Assembly: GCA_000092065.1 (NCBI GenBank)
Contig: CP000592.1
DNA: 64,000 nt
Source: Ostreococcus lucimarinus
Taxonomy: Eukaryota
Direction: 5' to 3' (one strand)
Below, piece after piece: positions 1 to 9,400 of the stretch. Position 1 is the first letter of the stretch; the number at the start of each line of letters is the position of its first letter. A program made the translations under genes and the position numbers. The notes beneath the pieces were generated by a model. The model was not told the DNA's origin. It saw nothing but the letters and a program-made list of their open reading frames with translations, and did no database searches.

Positions 1-665
1 TCGTCGCGGCTTATGAGCTCGTTGGAAAATGTCAAACCACGCATCAATCCTCGCTTTTTCAACCAGAAGATGGCGCAGAAAGATCCGCTGAAGAAAATTC
101 CCTCCACGCACGCGAAACCGACGAGACGCTCGGCGAAACTCGCGTCGCTACCGATCCATTTGAGCGCCCAATCCGCCTTCTTTGCCACGGTGGGCACCGT
201 GTGAATCGCCCGAAACAAGTCGGATTTCTTCTTTGGATCCTTAATGTACGTGTCCAAGAGCAACGAATACATCTCGCTGTGAATGTTTTCGATCGCGAGC
301 TGAAAGCCATAAAACGATCGAGCCTCCGGGAGCTGCACATCCGTCATGAACCGAGAGCATAAATTCTCCAACACGATGCCGTCGCTCGCGGCGAAAAACG
401 CCAACACGTGCGATATAAAGTGTTGCTCGTTATCGTTCAATGTGATCCAATCTCTGTAATCGTACGTCAAGTCGACCTCCTCCGCCGTCCAAAAACTCGC
501 CTCCGCCTTCTTATACATCTCCCAAACCTTCGCGTGCTTGATCGGAAACAAACAAAACCGATCGGGATTGTCTCGCAACAGCGGCTCCGCCGCGTCTCGC
601 TCCCGCGACGCCGTCGCCCGCGCCCTCGCCGCCTCCTGATCCGCCCTCGCCGCCCACGGCGACAT
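1..665 (-). CDS. RNR2: Ribonucleotide reductase small subunit R2. Partial: the C-terminal part runs past the window start. Start codon is ATG 665..663.
   Basis: Reverse-strand translation is continuous: [10 protein letters not shown]...[40 protein letters not shown]...[13 protein letters not shown]...[29 protein letters not shown]...[36 protein letters not shown]. These are the classic R2 di-iron and tyrosyl-radical motifs. The frame is open to position 1, so this ORF is not in the track. Confidence 0.9.
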   Translation of the reverse strand, partial: MSPWAARADQEAARARATASRERDAAEPLLRDNPDRFCLFPIKHAKVWEMYKKAEASFWTAEEVDLTYDYRDWITLNDNEQHFISHVLAFFAASDGIVLENLCSRFMTDVQLPEARSFYGFQLAIENIHSEMYSLLLDTYIKDPKKKSDLFRAIHTVPTVAKKADWALKWIGSDASFAERLVGFACVEGIFFSGSFCAIFWLKKRGLMRGLTFSNELISRD

Positions 666-1351
666 CGCCGCTATGCGTTCCGCCACCTCCTCCAGCTCCA
701 AGTGCGTGCTCGACGCGCTCAGCGATTCGCTGCTCGACGTCCTTCGCGCGCGTCTCGCCGCCGCCTCTTCGCCGTCGCCCCCCCCTTTCGCCGCGTCCTC
801 GCCCACCGCCGCGTCTCCCGTCCCGTCCGCGCGCGCCTTCCCGCGCAACCACGTCCTCGGGTGCAAGTCCTCCACCGAATCCTTCACGTTCGTCATCATC
901 GCAAGCCTCGCGCGCGTTCGCCCCGTGCCCGCGCGTTCGATCGTCGCGCGCGAATCCCGTCGGAATTCCCTCCCGTCGCGCCGCCTCGCCGCGCGATCGC
1001 GACGCCGGTCGCGCGGATTCGCGTCGCGATCGCGTCGTCGTCGCGCGCTCTCGCGTCGTCGCGTCGCGTCGTCGCGTCGCGTCGTCGGCCGTCGAGGAAT
1101 CGCGACGACGACGGACGCGACGACGCGAATCGTCGACGCCGCGCGCGATCGCCGTCATAAATGGGTCTTTCGTGTGCCGAAATACGTACATCGATCCCTT
1201 GTCGAATCGTGACTCGAGAGAAGTCCCCCGGGCCGTCTCATGGTCCGTGTGCGTCTGACCGCACGCGAGTGAGACCGCGCGCGATCGCGAACGCGCGATC
1301 GCCGCGATCGACGCGCGCGACGTCTCGACGCGCCTCGATCGCGGCGTCGAC

Positions 1352-1524
1352 ATGGCGAAGGTCCCCGCGCGACTGCGAAGCGTGACGTACAGCCTGTCGC
1401 CCATGCGCACGGGCGTCATGCACGGCCTGTTCAAGGATTGGGCGTCGGGCATGGCGACGCGCGTCAAGGAGAACGCGGTCGACGCGGGCGTGTTCTGCGC
1501 GCTGCCGCTCGGCGCGACGGTGTG
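1352..1524 (+). CDS. QCR8: Ubiquinol-cytochrome c reductase (bc1 complex) subunit 8 (QCR8/UQCRQ), exon 1.
   Basis: ORF 1352 begins MAKVPARLRSVTYSLSPMRTGVMHGLFKDWASGMATRVKENAVDAGVFCALPLGATVW. A GTGCGT donor lies at 1525..1530 after a TG partial codon. Confidence 0.8.
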
Positions 1525-1769
1525 GTGCGTCGAAGCGAGACGACGACGACGCGAAACGGTGACGCGACGACGACGCGCGACGACGACGCGACAAAACGGG
1601 ACGGGACGGATGAGGGATCGCGGGGCAGAGGCGTAGGGTCGCCGGAGCGCGACGACGGGGGGGGCGAGCGAGAAGACACGACCGCGAACGATCGGTCAGG
1701 GCGCGTCGAGGGGGTGGTGCGCGCGAACGCGTGACTGACGAACGCGCGTTCGATCGCGATCGAACGCAG

Positions 1770-1818
1770 GTACGCGTTGAATTACAAGGAAAATGAAAAG
1801 TTGGAGCACCGATATTAA
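1770..1818 (+). CDS. QCR8: QCR8 exon 2. The 245-nt intron 1525..1769 has a GTGACTGAC branch at about 1731 and a CAG acceptor at 1767..1769.
   Basis: The splice joins TG+G to give W, then YALNYKENEKLEHRY and a stop. The spliced 73-aa product matches the conserved plant QCR8 pattern (...SP...G..KD...........W.....LV.P..G..WYA.YFKE.EKLEHRF). Confidence 0.75.
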
Positions 1819-1899
1819 ATTCGAGCGGCGCGCGCGAGCGAAGGGGTCGAGCGAACGACCGACGTCGCTCGCGCGGTAGAGCGCGTCTTAATTTAGAAT

Positions 1900-1904
1900 T
1901 GTAA
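1900..1904 (+). promoter_or_regulatory. TGTAA putative poly(A) signal, about 80 nt after the QCR8 stop.
   Basis: TGTAA is the chlorophyte poly(A) signal pentamer. The same motif recurs 15-160 nt downstream of several stops in this window. Confidence 0.4.
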
Positions 1905-2040
1905 CGTTTAGAAGGACGCGCGCGCGCGCGGTGGTCGCGACGTCGCGCGCGTGATCGAACCGCGGCGCGAGGGACCCTCGAGCGCGCGGCGCGCGCGGCG
2001 CGCGCCGAGCCGCACTCGCCGGCGCGCGTCGACGTCCCGG

Positions 2041-4218
2041 ATGTCGGACTCGGTCGCGCCCGGTAAGGATGACGACGACGCCGATGGGTTCTACGAGGAA
2101 GCGCCGCGCGAAGGCGGCGTCGGCGACGTCGCGCGCGAGGAAAACGGCGAGCGAAACCGCGCGTGGCCCGGTGTTGACGTGCAACAGCTCTCGCAAGCCT
2201 TCGCGCGCGTCGCGGGGTCGTTCGGGCGAGACACGATGGGCGTGCGTAGCCCGCAGTTCAGCGAGGAAGCGCACGAGGCGGCGTACGCGGCGGCGCGGGC
2301 GGATTATCAGGACGAACGGTTCGAGGCTGACCTGGCGCGCGCGATAAGCGCGTCGCTTGGGGACGAACAGCGCGACGCGCGGACGTCCACCGGCAGCGCG
2401 AACGAGAAAGGCGGGGATGAAGAGGCAGCCTTATTGCTCGAGGCGCGGCGACAGAGCTTGCGAGAGCGTTTCAGTGGGAGCGCGATGGCGGAACGGTTTT
2501 GGTCGACGTACTCGCTCAACTTTAGCGAGCGATTGGCCGACGGCTTTTTCTACCCGCATCCGAGCGATTGGGGGACGTTGAACGCCAAGGGGGGGAGATT
2601 ACCGAAATTCGAGTCGTTGCGCGCGGTGGAGGATTACCAGGGAGATCGCGAGGTGGTCATCGTTGATCGATGCGGCGACGTCTCGTTGGAAGAGTTTATG
2701 GCGTATTGTTTTGACGAAATTGGCCACATCGAGGATAGGTGTGACGCATCGCCTGAGCTCGCACGCCTCGTCGCCGAGCGCATGGGGGGCGCCGCGGAAA
2801 GCGACGACGCGCTGCGAGAGACCTGGGAAAGCGAGCGAGCGCGTTTGATCGAGGAACACGGTAGCTTGATTTTTCCAGTGGGATCAATGAAAGTGGGTTT
2901 GCAACGACATCGCGCCATTTTGTTCAAAGCCGTGGCAGACTTCCTTGAAATTCCTTCGCAGCTGTTGCGTGGGAAATTTTATTGCGGAGACGAGGAGGCG
3001 GTGATGATCATTGTGATGTGCGGTGGTATGAAGCGAATGCTTAATTTGATGCATGAGCCGGGTCGTATGCAGACTCCGTACAACTCAGATTCGACGCCGC
3101 CATCGAACGCTGGATCGACGTACGCGCCTACCGACAGCGGTCGAGAGTCACCAGACGTATTGGTGACACCATCTCGAGCGGAGGATACTAGAGAAGGCCA
3201 ACGTTTCGGCGTGATGTCTCCGGAAGACTTGCAAACGCCAGAGCAACCGAAGACTCCTTTGCGCCTCCAAGTCGCGGTCGATCTCACCATTGATCCGTCA
3301 CAAATTTTACTCGGAGAGCGCATCGGGATAGGTTCTTTCGGCGAAGTTCACCGAGCACTCTGGCGCGGTACAGAGGTTGCGGTGAAGAGATTTCTCGACC
3401 AGGATATTTCAAAAAATCTCCTCGACGACGTGACGTTTGAGGTAGACATCATGCGACGTCTGCGACATCCGAACGTCATCTTACTCATGGGCGCGGTCAC
3501 AGTACCTGGAAACCTATCCATCGTTACCGAGTTTTTGCACCGTGGATCACTTTTCAAACTTTTACATCGCGAACAAAGTCCAGCGCTGAAAGCGGCATTG
3601 GACAACCGTCGCAGGATGAGGATGGTCATGGATGTCATTCGCGGCATGCACTACTTGCACTCGTTTGAGCCGATGATAGTGCATCGCGACTTGAAGTCTC
3701 CAAACCTTCTCGTCGATAAGAGTTTTGTCGTGAAAGTGTGTGACTTTGGTTTATCGAGAATGAAGCGTAACACGTATCTCAGCTCAAAGACAAATGCGGG
3801 CACGCCGGAGTGGATGGCGCCCGAGGTGCTACGAAATGATGACAGCGACGAAAAGGCGGACATCTATTCGTTTGGGGTAATTTTATGGGAACTTGCCACG
3901 ATGCAAGAGCCTTGGTCAGGCTTGAATCCGATGCAAGTTGTCGGAGCGGTCGGTTTTGCGGGTAAGCAGCTCGAGATTCCAGCGGATATGGACGAAGTCA
4001 TCGCGAAGATGTGCCGCGATTGTTGGAAGACCAATCCTCGTGAGCGCCCGAGCTTTGAAGATTTGGCGACAGAAATGCGATCTGTACCCAAAGCTCCTAG
4101 TTTAGCGCAGAGCGATTCGAACGGAGCTATTAAGGAGCGAAGTCGACTCTCCGTGCCTCCGGTGCCGGTGTCCGAGCCACGGGGCGACTGGGAAGACGAG
4201 CGGTCGCGTGGTTGGTAA
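2041..4218 (+). CDS. Raf-like MAPKKK Ser/Thr kinase with an N-terminal EDR1/CTR1-type domain.
   Basis: EDR1 domain: FWSTYSLNFSERLADGFFYPHPSDWG...RHRAILFKAVADFLEIPSQLLRGKFYCG. Kinase motifs: GIGSFGEVHRALWRGTEVAVKRF, HRDLKSPNLLVD, DFGLSR, TPEWMAPE. First in-frame ATG is at 2041. The upstream part of ORF 1951 is R-rich and GTG-initiated. Confidence 0.85.
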   Translation: MSDSVAPGKDDDDADGFYEEAPREGGVGDVAREENGERNRAWPGVDVQQLSQAFARVAGSFGRDTMGVRSPQFSEEAHEAAYAAARADYQDERFEADLARAISASLGDEQRDARTSTGSANEKGGDEEAALLLEARRQSLRERFSGSAMAERFWSTYSLNFSERLADGFFYPHPSDWGTLNAKGGRLPKFESLRAVEDYQGDREVVIVDRCGDVSLEEFMAYCFDEIGHIEDRCDASPELARLVAERMGGAAESDDALRETWESERARLIEEHGSLIFPVGSMKVGLQRHRAILFKAVADFLEIPSQLLRGKFYCGDEEAVMIIVMCGGMKRMLNLMHEPGRMQTPYNSDSTPPSNAGSTYAPTDSGRESPDVLVTPSRAEDTREGQRFGVMSPEDLQTPEQPKTPLRLQVAVDLTIDPSQILLGERIGIGSFGEVHRALWRGTEVAVKRFLDQDISKNLLDDVTFEVDIMRRLRHPNVILLMGAVTVPGNLSIVTEFLHRGSLFKLLHREQSPALKAALDNRRRMRMVMDVIRGMHYLHSFEPMIVHRDLKSPNLLVDKSFVVKVCDFGLSRMKRNTYLSSKTNAGTPEWMAPEVLRNDDSDEKADIYSFGVILWELATMQEPWSGLNPMQVVGAVGFAGKQLEIPADMDEVIAKMCRDCWKTNPRERPSFEDLATEMRSVPKAPSLAQSDSNGAIKERSRLSVPPVPVSEPRGDWEDERSRGW

Positions 4219-4232
4219 TTGTACAGTGATAT

Positions 4233-4237
4233 TGTAA
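4233..4237 (+). promoter_or_regulatory. TGTAA poly(A) signal 15 nt after the kinase stop. The convergent carboxypeptidase stop is only 25 nt away.
   Basis: Sequence attgTGTAAcac. The two stops at 4218 and 4244 imply overlapping 3' UTRs. Confidence 0.4.
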
Positions 4238-4243
4238 CACGTT

Positions 4244-6001
4244 CTAGTAATCAATGTATTTCGCTTGTTGCGCCTCGACGACCCAATGTTGCATTTCTTT
4301 TTGAAACTCTTCATCGTTCATCGTTTCGAGCTTTGCGTTTGTGGGCATGAGTGGTGAAAAGGCCTCGTTGAAGAGGAGTTTTTTGATAAGCAACAAGCCC
4401 GTCTGCGGTCGAAACTGCGGCACCATGTGACCAGAGCCGTGCACGGTCGCAAAGGACAGGTTGTTTTCGTAGTCAATGACGTGACCGGCAAACTGCGGCC
4501 CAGCGTCTCTCGTGGCGAGGTTCGGACCATATAGTAACGGCTTTTCTTCGAGAAGAAATGCGGGTACGCCCGAGGCGTTCACGAAGTAGGCTCGCTGAGA
4601 GCCACCCTCGAGCTCTTTGAATCCGAGCTTGATTATGGCTGCGCGCGTACCTTCATACGATACGCACGGGTCGGTATCGCCGTTGAAAACGATCGTTCGT
4701 TCGAGTCTCGGCGCGAGCGTGCGGTAGAAATCAATCATGCTCGGCGTGTGTTTGTCCGCGCCCTCGTTACACGCCGCCCATACGCTGCTATACGACCAAT
4801 TTTCAGTTGGACCGGGCCAAGCTTTGGCGGGAGATTTCTCAACGTTGAGCGCTTTGCGGACATCATCACGCATCATCCATTGTGTCATCATATAATCAAG
4901 CGTGCCTGGAACGAACTCTCCGCCCTCTGCCATGGCTGCCGGCCCGAACAACGTGAGATCGTTCAGCCACGCGTAACGCCAGTCCTGAGAAAAGCCGTTG
5001 CTCGTTTGCCATAGAAACTTACGATGCGCGACGAGACACTCGGGCGAGCCTTTTCCCTTAGAGACCTCATCCGCGAAAATCTCTAGCAAAGACGTCGACT
5101 TGCGCTTCGCGGCGCCGCTCCATTCGCCGCGCATCAACGGCGACGCGTATCGATGTTCGCACTGATGCCAGAGCAAGTCGAACTCCTTGTCCGGGACGAA
5201 CCCATACTTGTGCCCGTACCACAACATAGACATTGAATTCCTCTGTGAATCGTTATCCGTGCACGGATCCCCCGTAGCGATGCCCGCGAGCGGAATCTTT
5301 GCGTCGTCGCTCGTCTGCGCGTCGTTGAAATCCAACAGTTCCCGCGCCAATGTCGGCACGTACACCCCCGCATACGACTCACCGGTGACGTAAAACTTAT
5401 TTGACCGTAGCTCTGGAAATTTTCGATGGAAGAAATCCACCACCGCCGCCGCCGCGTCTCGCGCCGCGCTCACGTCGTCGTTCGAGCAGTCGCCGCCAAC
5501 CGTCATCTCTTGGCAATAGCTCCATCCCACCCCCGCGGGCGACTCCAACGCCACCAAATTCGCATACTTCGTCCAAGCGAACGGATTTTCCATCAACCCA
5601 CCGCTCGCGTTCACCAACAGCGGGCCTTGTTCTTGCAGAAATCCGAGAATTGAGCTCGATCCCGGGCCTCCGTTCATCCACAACAGCGTGGGCGCGCGCG
5701 TCCAGTCGCCGTCGCGCTTCGCGGCGAACCAGTAGTGCAGCGCCGTCCCCGGCGTCGACGCCGACGCATCGAGAAATCCAGAATACTGCGTCGACGGCGG
5801 CGCGCCGTATCCCGGCAGCGTCGTCACCGCGTCGCCGTCGCGCGCCATCGCTCCTCCGCGCTCTTCGCGCCGTAATTCGACGCTCGCGCGCGTCCCTCGC
5901 GTCGTCGCGCGCGCGTCGCACGCCCCCGGCGCGACGACCGCGCACGCGAAGAGCGCCACCGCCGTCGCGCGCGTCGCGCGCGCGCGTCGCGTCGTCGTCA
6001 T
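4244..6001 (-). CDS. Serine carboxypeptidase (peptidase S10) with an N-terminal signal peptide.
   Basis: WMNGGPGSSS...GESYAGVYVP...DPC...HGSGHMVP. This is the S10 catalytic Ser-Asp-His context. Single ORF of 585 aa. Confidence 0.85.
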   Translation of the reverse strand: MTTTRRARATRATAVALFACAVVAPGACDARATTRGTRASVELRREERGGAMARDGDAVTTLPGYGAPPSTQYSGFLDASASTPGTALHYWFAAKRDGDWTRAPTLLWMNGGPGSSSILGFLQEQGPLLVNASGGLMENPFAWTKYANLVALESPAGVGWSYCQEMTVGGDCSNDDVSAARDAAAAVVDFFHRKFPELRSNKFYVTGESYAGVYVPTLARELLDFNDAQTSDDAKIPLAGIATGDPCTDNDSQRNSMSMLWYGHKYGFVPDKEFDLLWHQCEHRYASPLMRGEWSGAAKRKSTSLLEIFADEVSKGKGSPECLVAHRKFLWQTSNGFSQDWRYAWLNDLTLFGPAAMAEGGEFVPGTLDYMMTQWMMRDDVRKALNVEKSPAKAWPGPTENWSYSSVWAACNEGADKHTPSMIDFYRTLAPRLERTIVFNGDTDPCVSYEGTRAAIIKLGFKELEGGSQRAYFVNASGVPAFLLEEKPLLYGPNLATRDAGPQFAGHVIDYENNLSFATVHGSGHMVPQFRPQTGLLLIKKLLFNEAFSPLMPTNAKLETMNDEEFQKEMQHWVVEAQQAKYIDY

Positions 6002-6118
6002 GCCGCTCGAAGACGCGAAGTGACGCGATGCGGCGACGCGTCAGACGCCGACGCGCGAACCGACGCGCGCGCGCGAACGCACGCGCGCGAACGCACGCGC
6101 GTCGCGCGCGCGCGCCCG

Positions 6119-6284
6119 ATGTCCGCGGACGAGGACGAGGCGCTGCGCCTGGCGCGCGCGCTGCCCGTGAGAGATCGCGTCGCGCACGCGCACTGGAAGG
6201 CTCGAGTCGAATGTTACGACGCGATTGCGCAGCGATGCGCGCGCGCGAGAGCGATGGAGGACGACGCGGACGTCGTCGCGTTCG
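6119..6284 (+). CDS. XMAP215/MOR1/ch-TOG microtubule polymerase, exon 1.
   Basis: MSADEDEALRLARALPVRDRVAHAHWKARVECYDAIAQRCA...DADVVAFG matches the XMAP215 N-terminus (LPWEDRLLHKNWKVRNEA...). A GTGCGT donor lies at 6285. Confidence 0.65.
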
Positions 6285-6413
6285 GTGCGTGCGCGATGCG
6301 ACGTCGATGGGCGCGGGAGCGCGCGCGGAGACGGTGTCGCGGGAGCGATGAAGCGCGGAGGGGGATTTAAACAGCGACTGACAGCTGGAAAACGCGAACG
6401 TCGACGAACGCAG

Positions 6414-9400
6414 GAGATTGTGCGGTGAAAGCGTGCGCCGATGGGAACGCGGCGGCGCTCGACGCGGGCTTAGATGCCGTGCGAGCGATGCTGACGATCG
6501 CGGACGTGAGCTACGCGGAGAAGGTGGCCGAGGACATGCTGGGGAATTTGACGACGAAGGGTCTGGGCGGACGACCGAAGGCGGCGGAGCGAGCGACGGA
6601 GTGTTGCATGCTGTTGATTGAGTTGGAACAGTGCGATGCGGTGTTGGACGCGTTATTAAAGGCGAGCTTGAATAGGATACCGAAACTCGCGCTCGCGGCG
6701 ACGAACGCGGTGTTGATGGCGGTGACGTCGTTTGGCACGCCAAAGGTGGTGCCGGCGAGCGCGATTTTGAAGGGGCTGACGCCGTTGTTCGACGCCAAGG
6801 ATGCCAAGGTTCGCTCGACGGCGAAAGATATCACGGTGGAGATGACGAAATGGTTAGGAGCGCAAGCGGTGAAGCGCGATTTGATAGATAAGATGCGGGA
6901 GGCTATGCAAGCAGACGTGAACAAAGCCATCTCGAGCGTCGAGGCGAACGCTCGACCGACGCGATTTTTGCGCAAAGATCAAGCGGCGCAAGATTCCGCG
7001 ATGGCTTCCACATCCGGCGACGATGGGAGCGCTGTCGTGGTACAAAAGCCCTCACAGGACACAGAGACGACGACGACGACGGCGCCGGTTGCTGCACCTG
7101 ACGCGTACGATTATTCCGAACCGGAGAGCATTCTTCCGCTTCTCGAGAAACCGGCCGAAGGGGAAAATCCAAAGTTTTGGGACGGCATAGTCAGTAAGAA
7201 GTGGCAGGAACGTCTCTATGCGCTTCAAACGCTCACGAAACTCGCGAGCGCGCCGAAGTTGTCGTCGGGCGATTACGGAGACGTATCCAAAGCTTTGAAG
7301 CAAGTCATCACAAAAGATAGCAACGTGGCGTGCATCGCCGAGGCCGCGAGAGCCGCTGCAGCGCTGGCAAAGGGCGCACGAAAAGAATGGACCCGAGACG
7401 CTCGTATACTTTTACCCGGTATGCTCGATAAGTTGAAAGACAAGACTGCAGCCGTCATCGCGGCCATTCAGGATGCACTGAGTGAGTCTGTCAAGTATTG
7501 TTTTGAGCTCGCAGAGATTGTCGACGAAGTGTGCGCGGCGCTGGCGCACAAAGTTCCCAAAGTTCAGATCGAAACGCTCAAGTGGCTGGAGAGAACGTTC
7601 GAGTATATGACTCGCTCTTCATTGAGTAGTTTGCACAAGGTTATTGTCCCTCCCATTGTGAAATGCACGAGTGCGTCGAACGCGGATGCGAGAAACGGCG
7701 CGCTGCAGACGCTCGCAACTTGCGCGAAAGCGAGTGGTGGTATGAAGTCGATCGAGTTCTTATTGATGGATATCGATGCTGGAAAAAAGTCTAAAATCGA
7801 AGAATTGATGTCGGGTGCGCCGAAAGCTGGTGTATTGGCGCCGAATCCACCGTCTGTGCAACAATCGAGTATGATTGGAAAAGTAGCGCCGCCGGCGAGC
7901 GGCAGCGTCGAGCGCGCGATGAGCGTGAAGCCATCAGATATGACGGGCACAGCGAAGAGACAAACCATCGCTGTCAAAGCTTCCACTGAGGAAGTTATCG
8001 TTGAATTAGCGCCAACAATATCGAAAGATGATGCCGAAGCGCGCATTGTCGCGCTTTTGAGTGAGGAAGTCATACACAACTTGAAGAGCGCGGATTGGAA
8101 AGCTCGACTTGCGGGAATGTCGTCTGTCGTCGAAATAGTGACAACACTGAAAGACACGTCTGGTGACGCGTGTGATGCGCTCGTGATTGGTCTTGCATCG
8201 TTCCCTGGATGGAGCGATAGCAACTTCCAAGTCATGGATAAAATGTTTGAGACTCTAAAAATTTTGAGCGCTCAGCCTTGCTTCGAGTACAGGCACGTTG
8301 CGGCCGCGCTTGACGTTCTCGGCGAAAAACTTAGCTGTTTTAAGCTCGGTACTCGAGCGAGTGACAGTTTGCTGGCGTTTTCAGAGGCTTTAGGACCGCG
8401 GATCATCATGTCACGTCTTCGAGAGAAGACTGGAAATTCCAAGGCTCCAAAAGTCGTTGTCGGCGCTTTGAACTGGGCAAGTTCGACTGTGGAAGAGTTC
8501 GGCGTGGAGTGTTTAGACACGGATATGATGGTAGCCTGGGGTCGAGATGCGCTAGAAACGCCAAATCCCATGATAAAAGGCGGTGGGGCGAAGCTGCTTG
8601 GCGCCTTACACGCGGGCATCGGTCCGAGCGTTAAGGACTCGCTTGCCGGCTTGAAAGACGCACAGTTGCGTAGTTTAGAAGTGGAGTTTGCGCGTAATCC
8701 GTTCGAAGGTGAGATAAAGGCAAAGAGGCAAGTCAGAATGCCGTCATCTGTACCATGTGCGTCGCGTGCCGCTTCGATACCTAGTACTACGAATGCGCCA
8801 CCGCCGAACGCGGCGGTCGTTGAAGCTCCGCGAGCCGACATAAGCGCGAAAATCAACGACAGCTTTCTGAGCAACATGAATGATTCCAACTGGAAGACCC
8901 GCGCGGCGGCTTTGGAAGAACTTGGAAACATTTTGAGAGGCGCAAATAATCGCATTACACCGACCGGAGGCGATTTGTTCAAGGCGCTCAACGCGCGGTT
9001 TGCAGATTCCAATAGAATGCTCGCCGTCACGGCGCTCAACATCGCCGGCGAGCTCGCTCTCGCTATCGGATCGCCCATCGATAAAGTTGGTCGAGGAACT
9101 TTATGTGACATCGTCAAGTACTTTGGTGACAGCAAGAAAAACGTGCGCGAGGCAGCGTTGAAAGCGTGCACGTGTTGGGTAACTTCGGCGGGGCTTGCAA
9201 AAGTTTTACCAACGATGGCGGAAAAGTTTCAAGAGTACTCTGCGAAAATCACAGCCGAGGGTAAAAAAGAAGCGATAGAGTGGTGCATGGAAACGTATGG
9301 CCGAGACCAATGCGCTGACGATGTGATTCACTGCAGTGCTGTGCACTTTGCCGCTGTTGGATTGAATGACAAGGCGACGGAATCAAGAAAGGCGAGCGCG

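Noticed and set aside
408-1734. Many 70-320 aa ORFs on both strands in the RNR2/QCR8/kinase upstream region (408..1160, 511..1467, 673..1212, 1238..1594 and others).
   Set aside because: All are Arg/Ala/Ser/Pro-rich, stop-poor frames of about 75% GC CGCGNCG repeats with no domain signal. They partly overlap the real RNR2 and QCR8 frames and are an expected artefact of GC-rich DNA.
1850-1930. A tRNA-like D-arm (GCTCgcgcGGTAGAGCgcg) downstream of QCR8.
   Set aside because: No complementary acceptor, anticodon or T arms can be formed, and there is no GTTCGANTC T-loop. It is a chance match.
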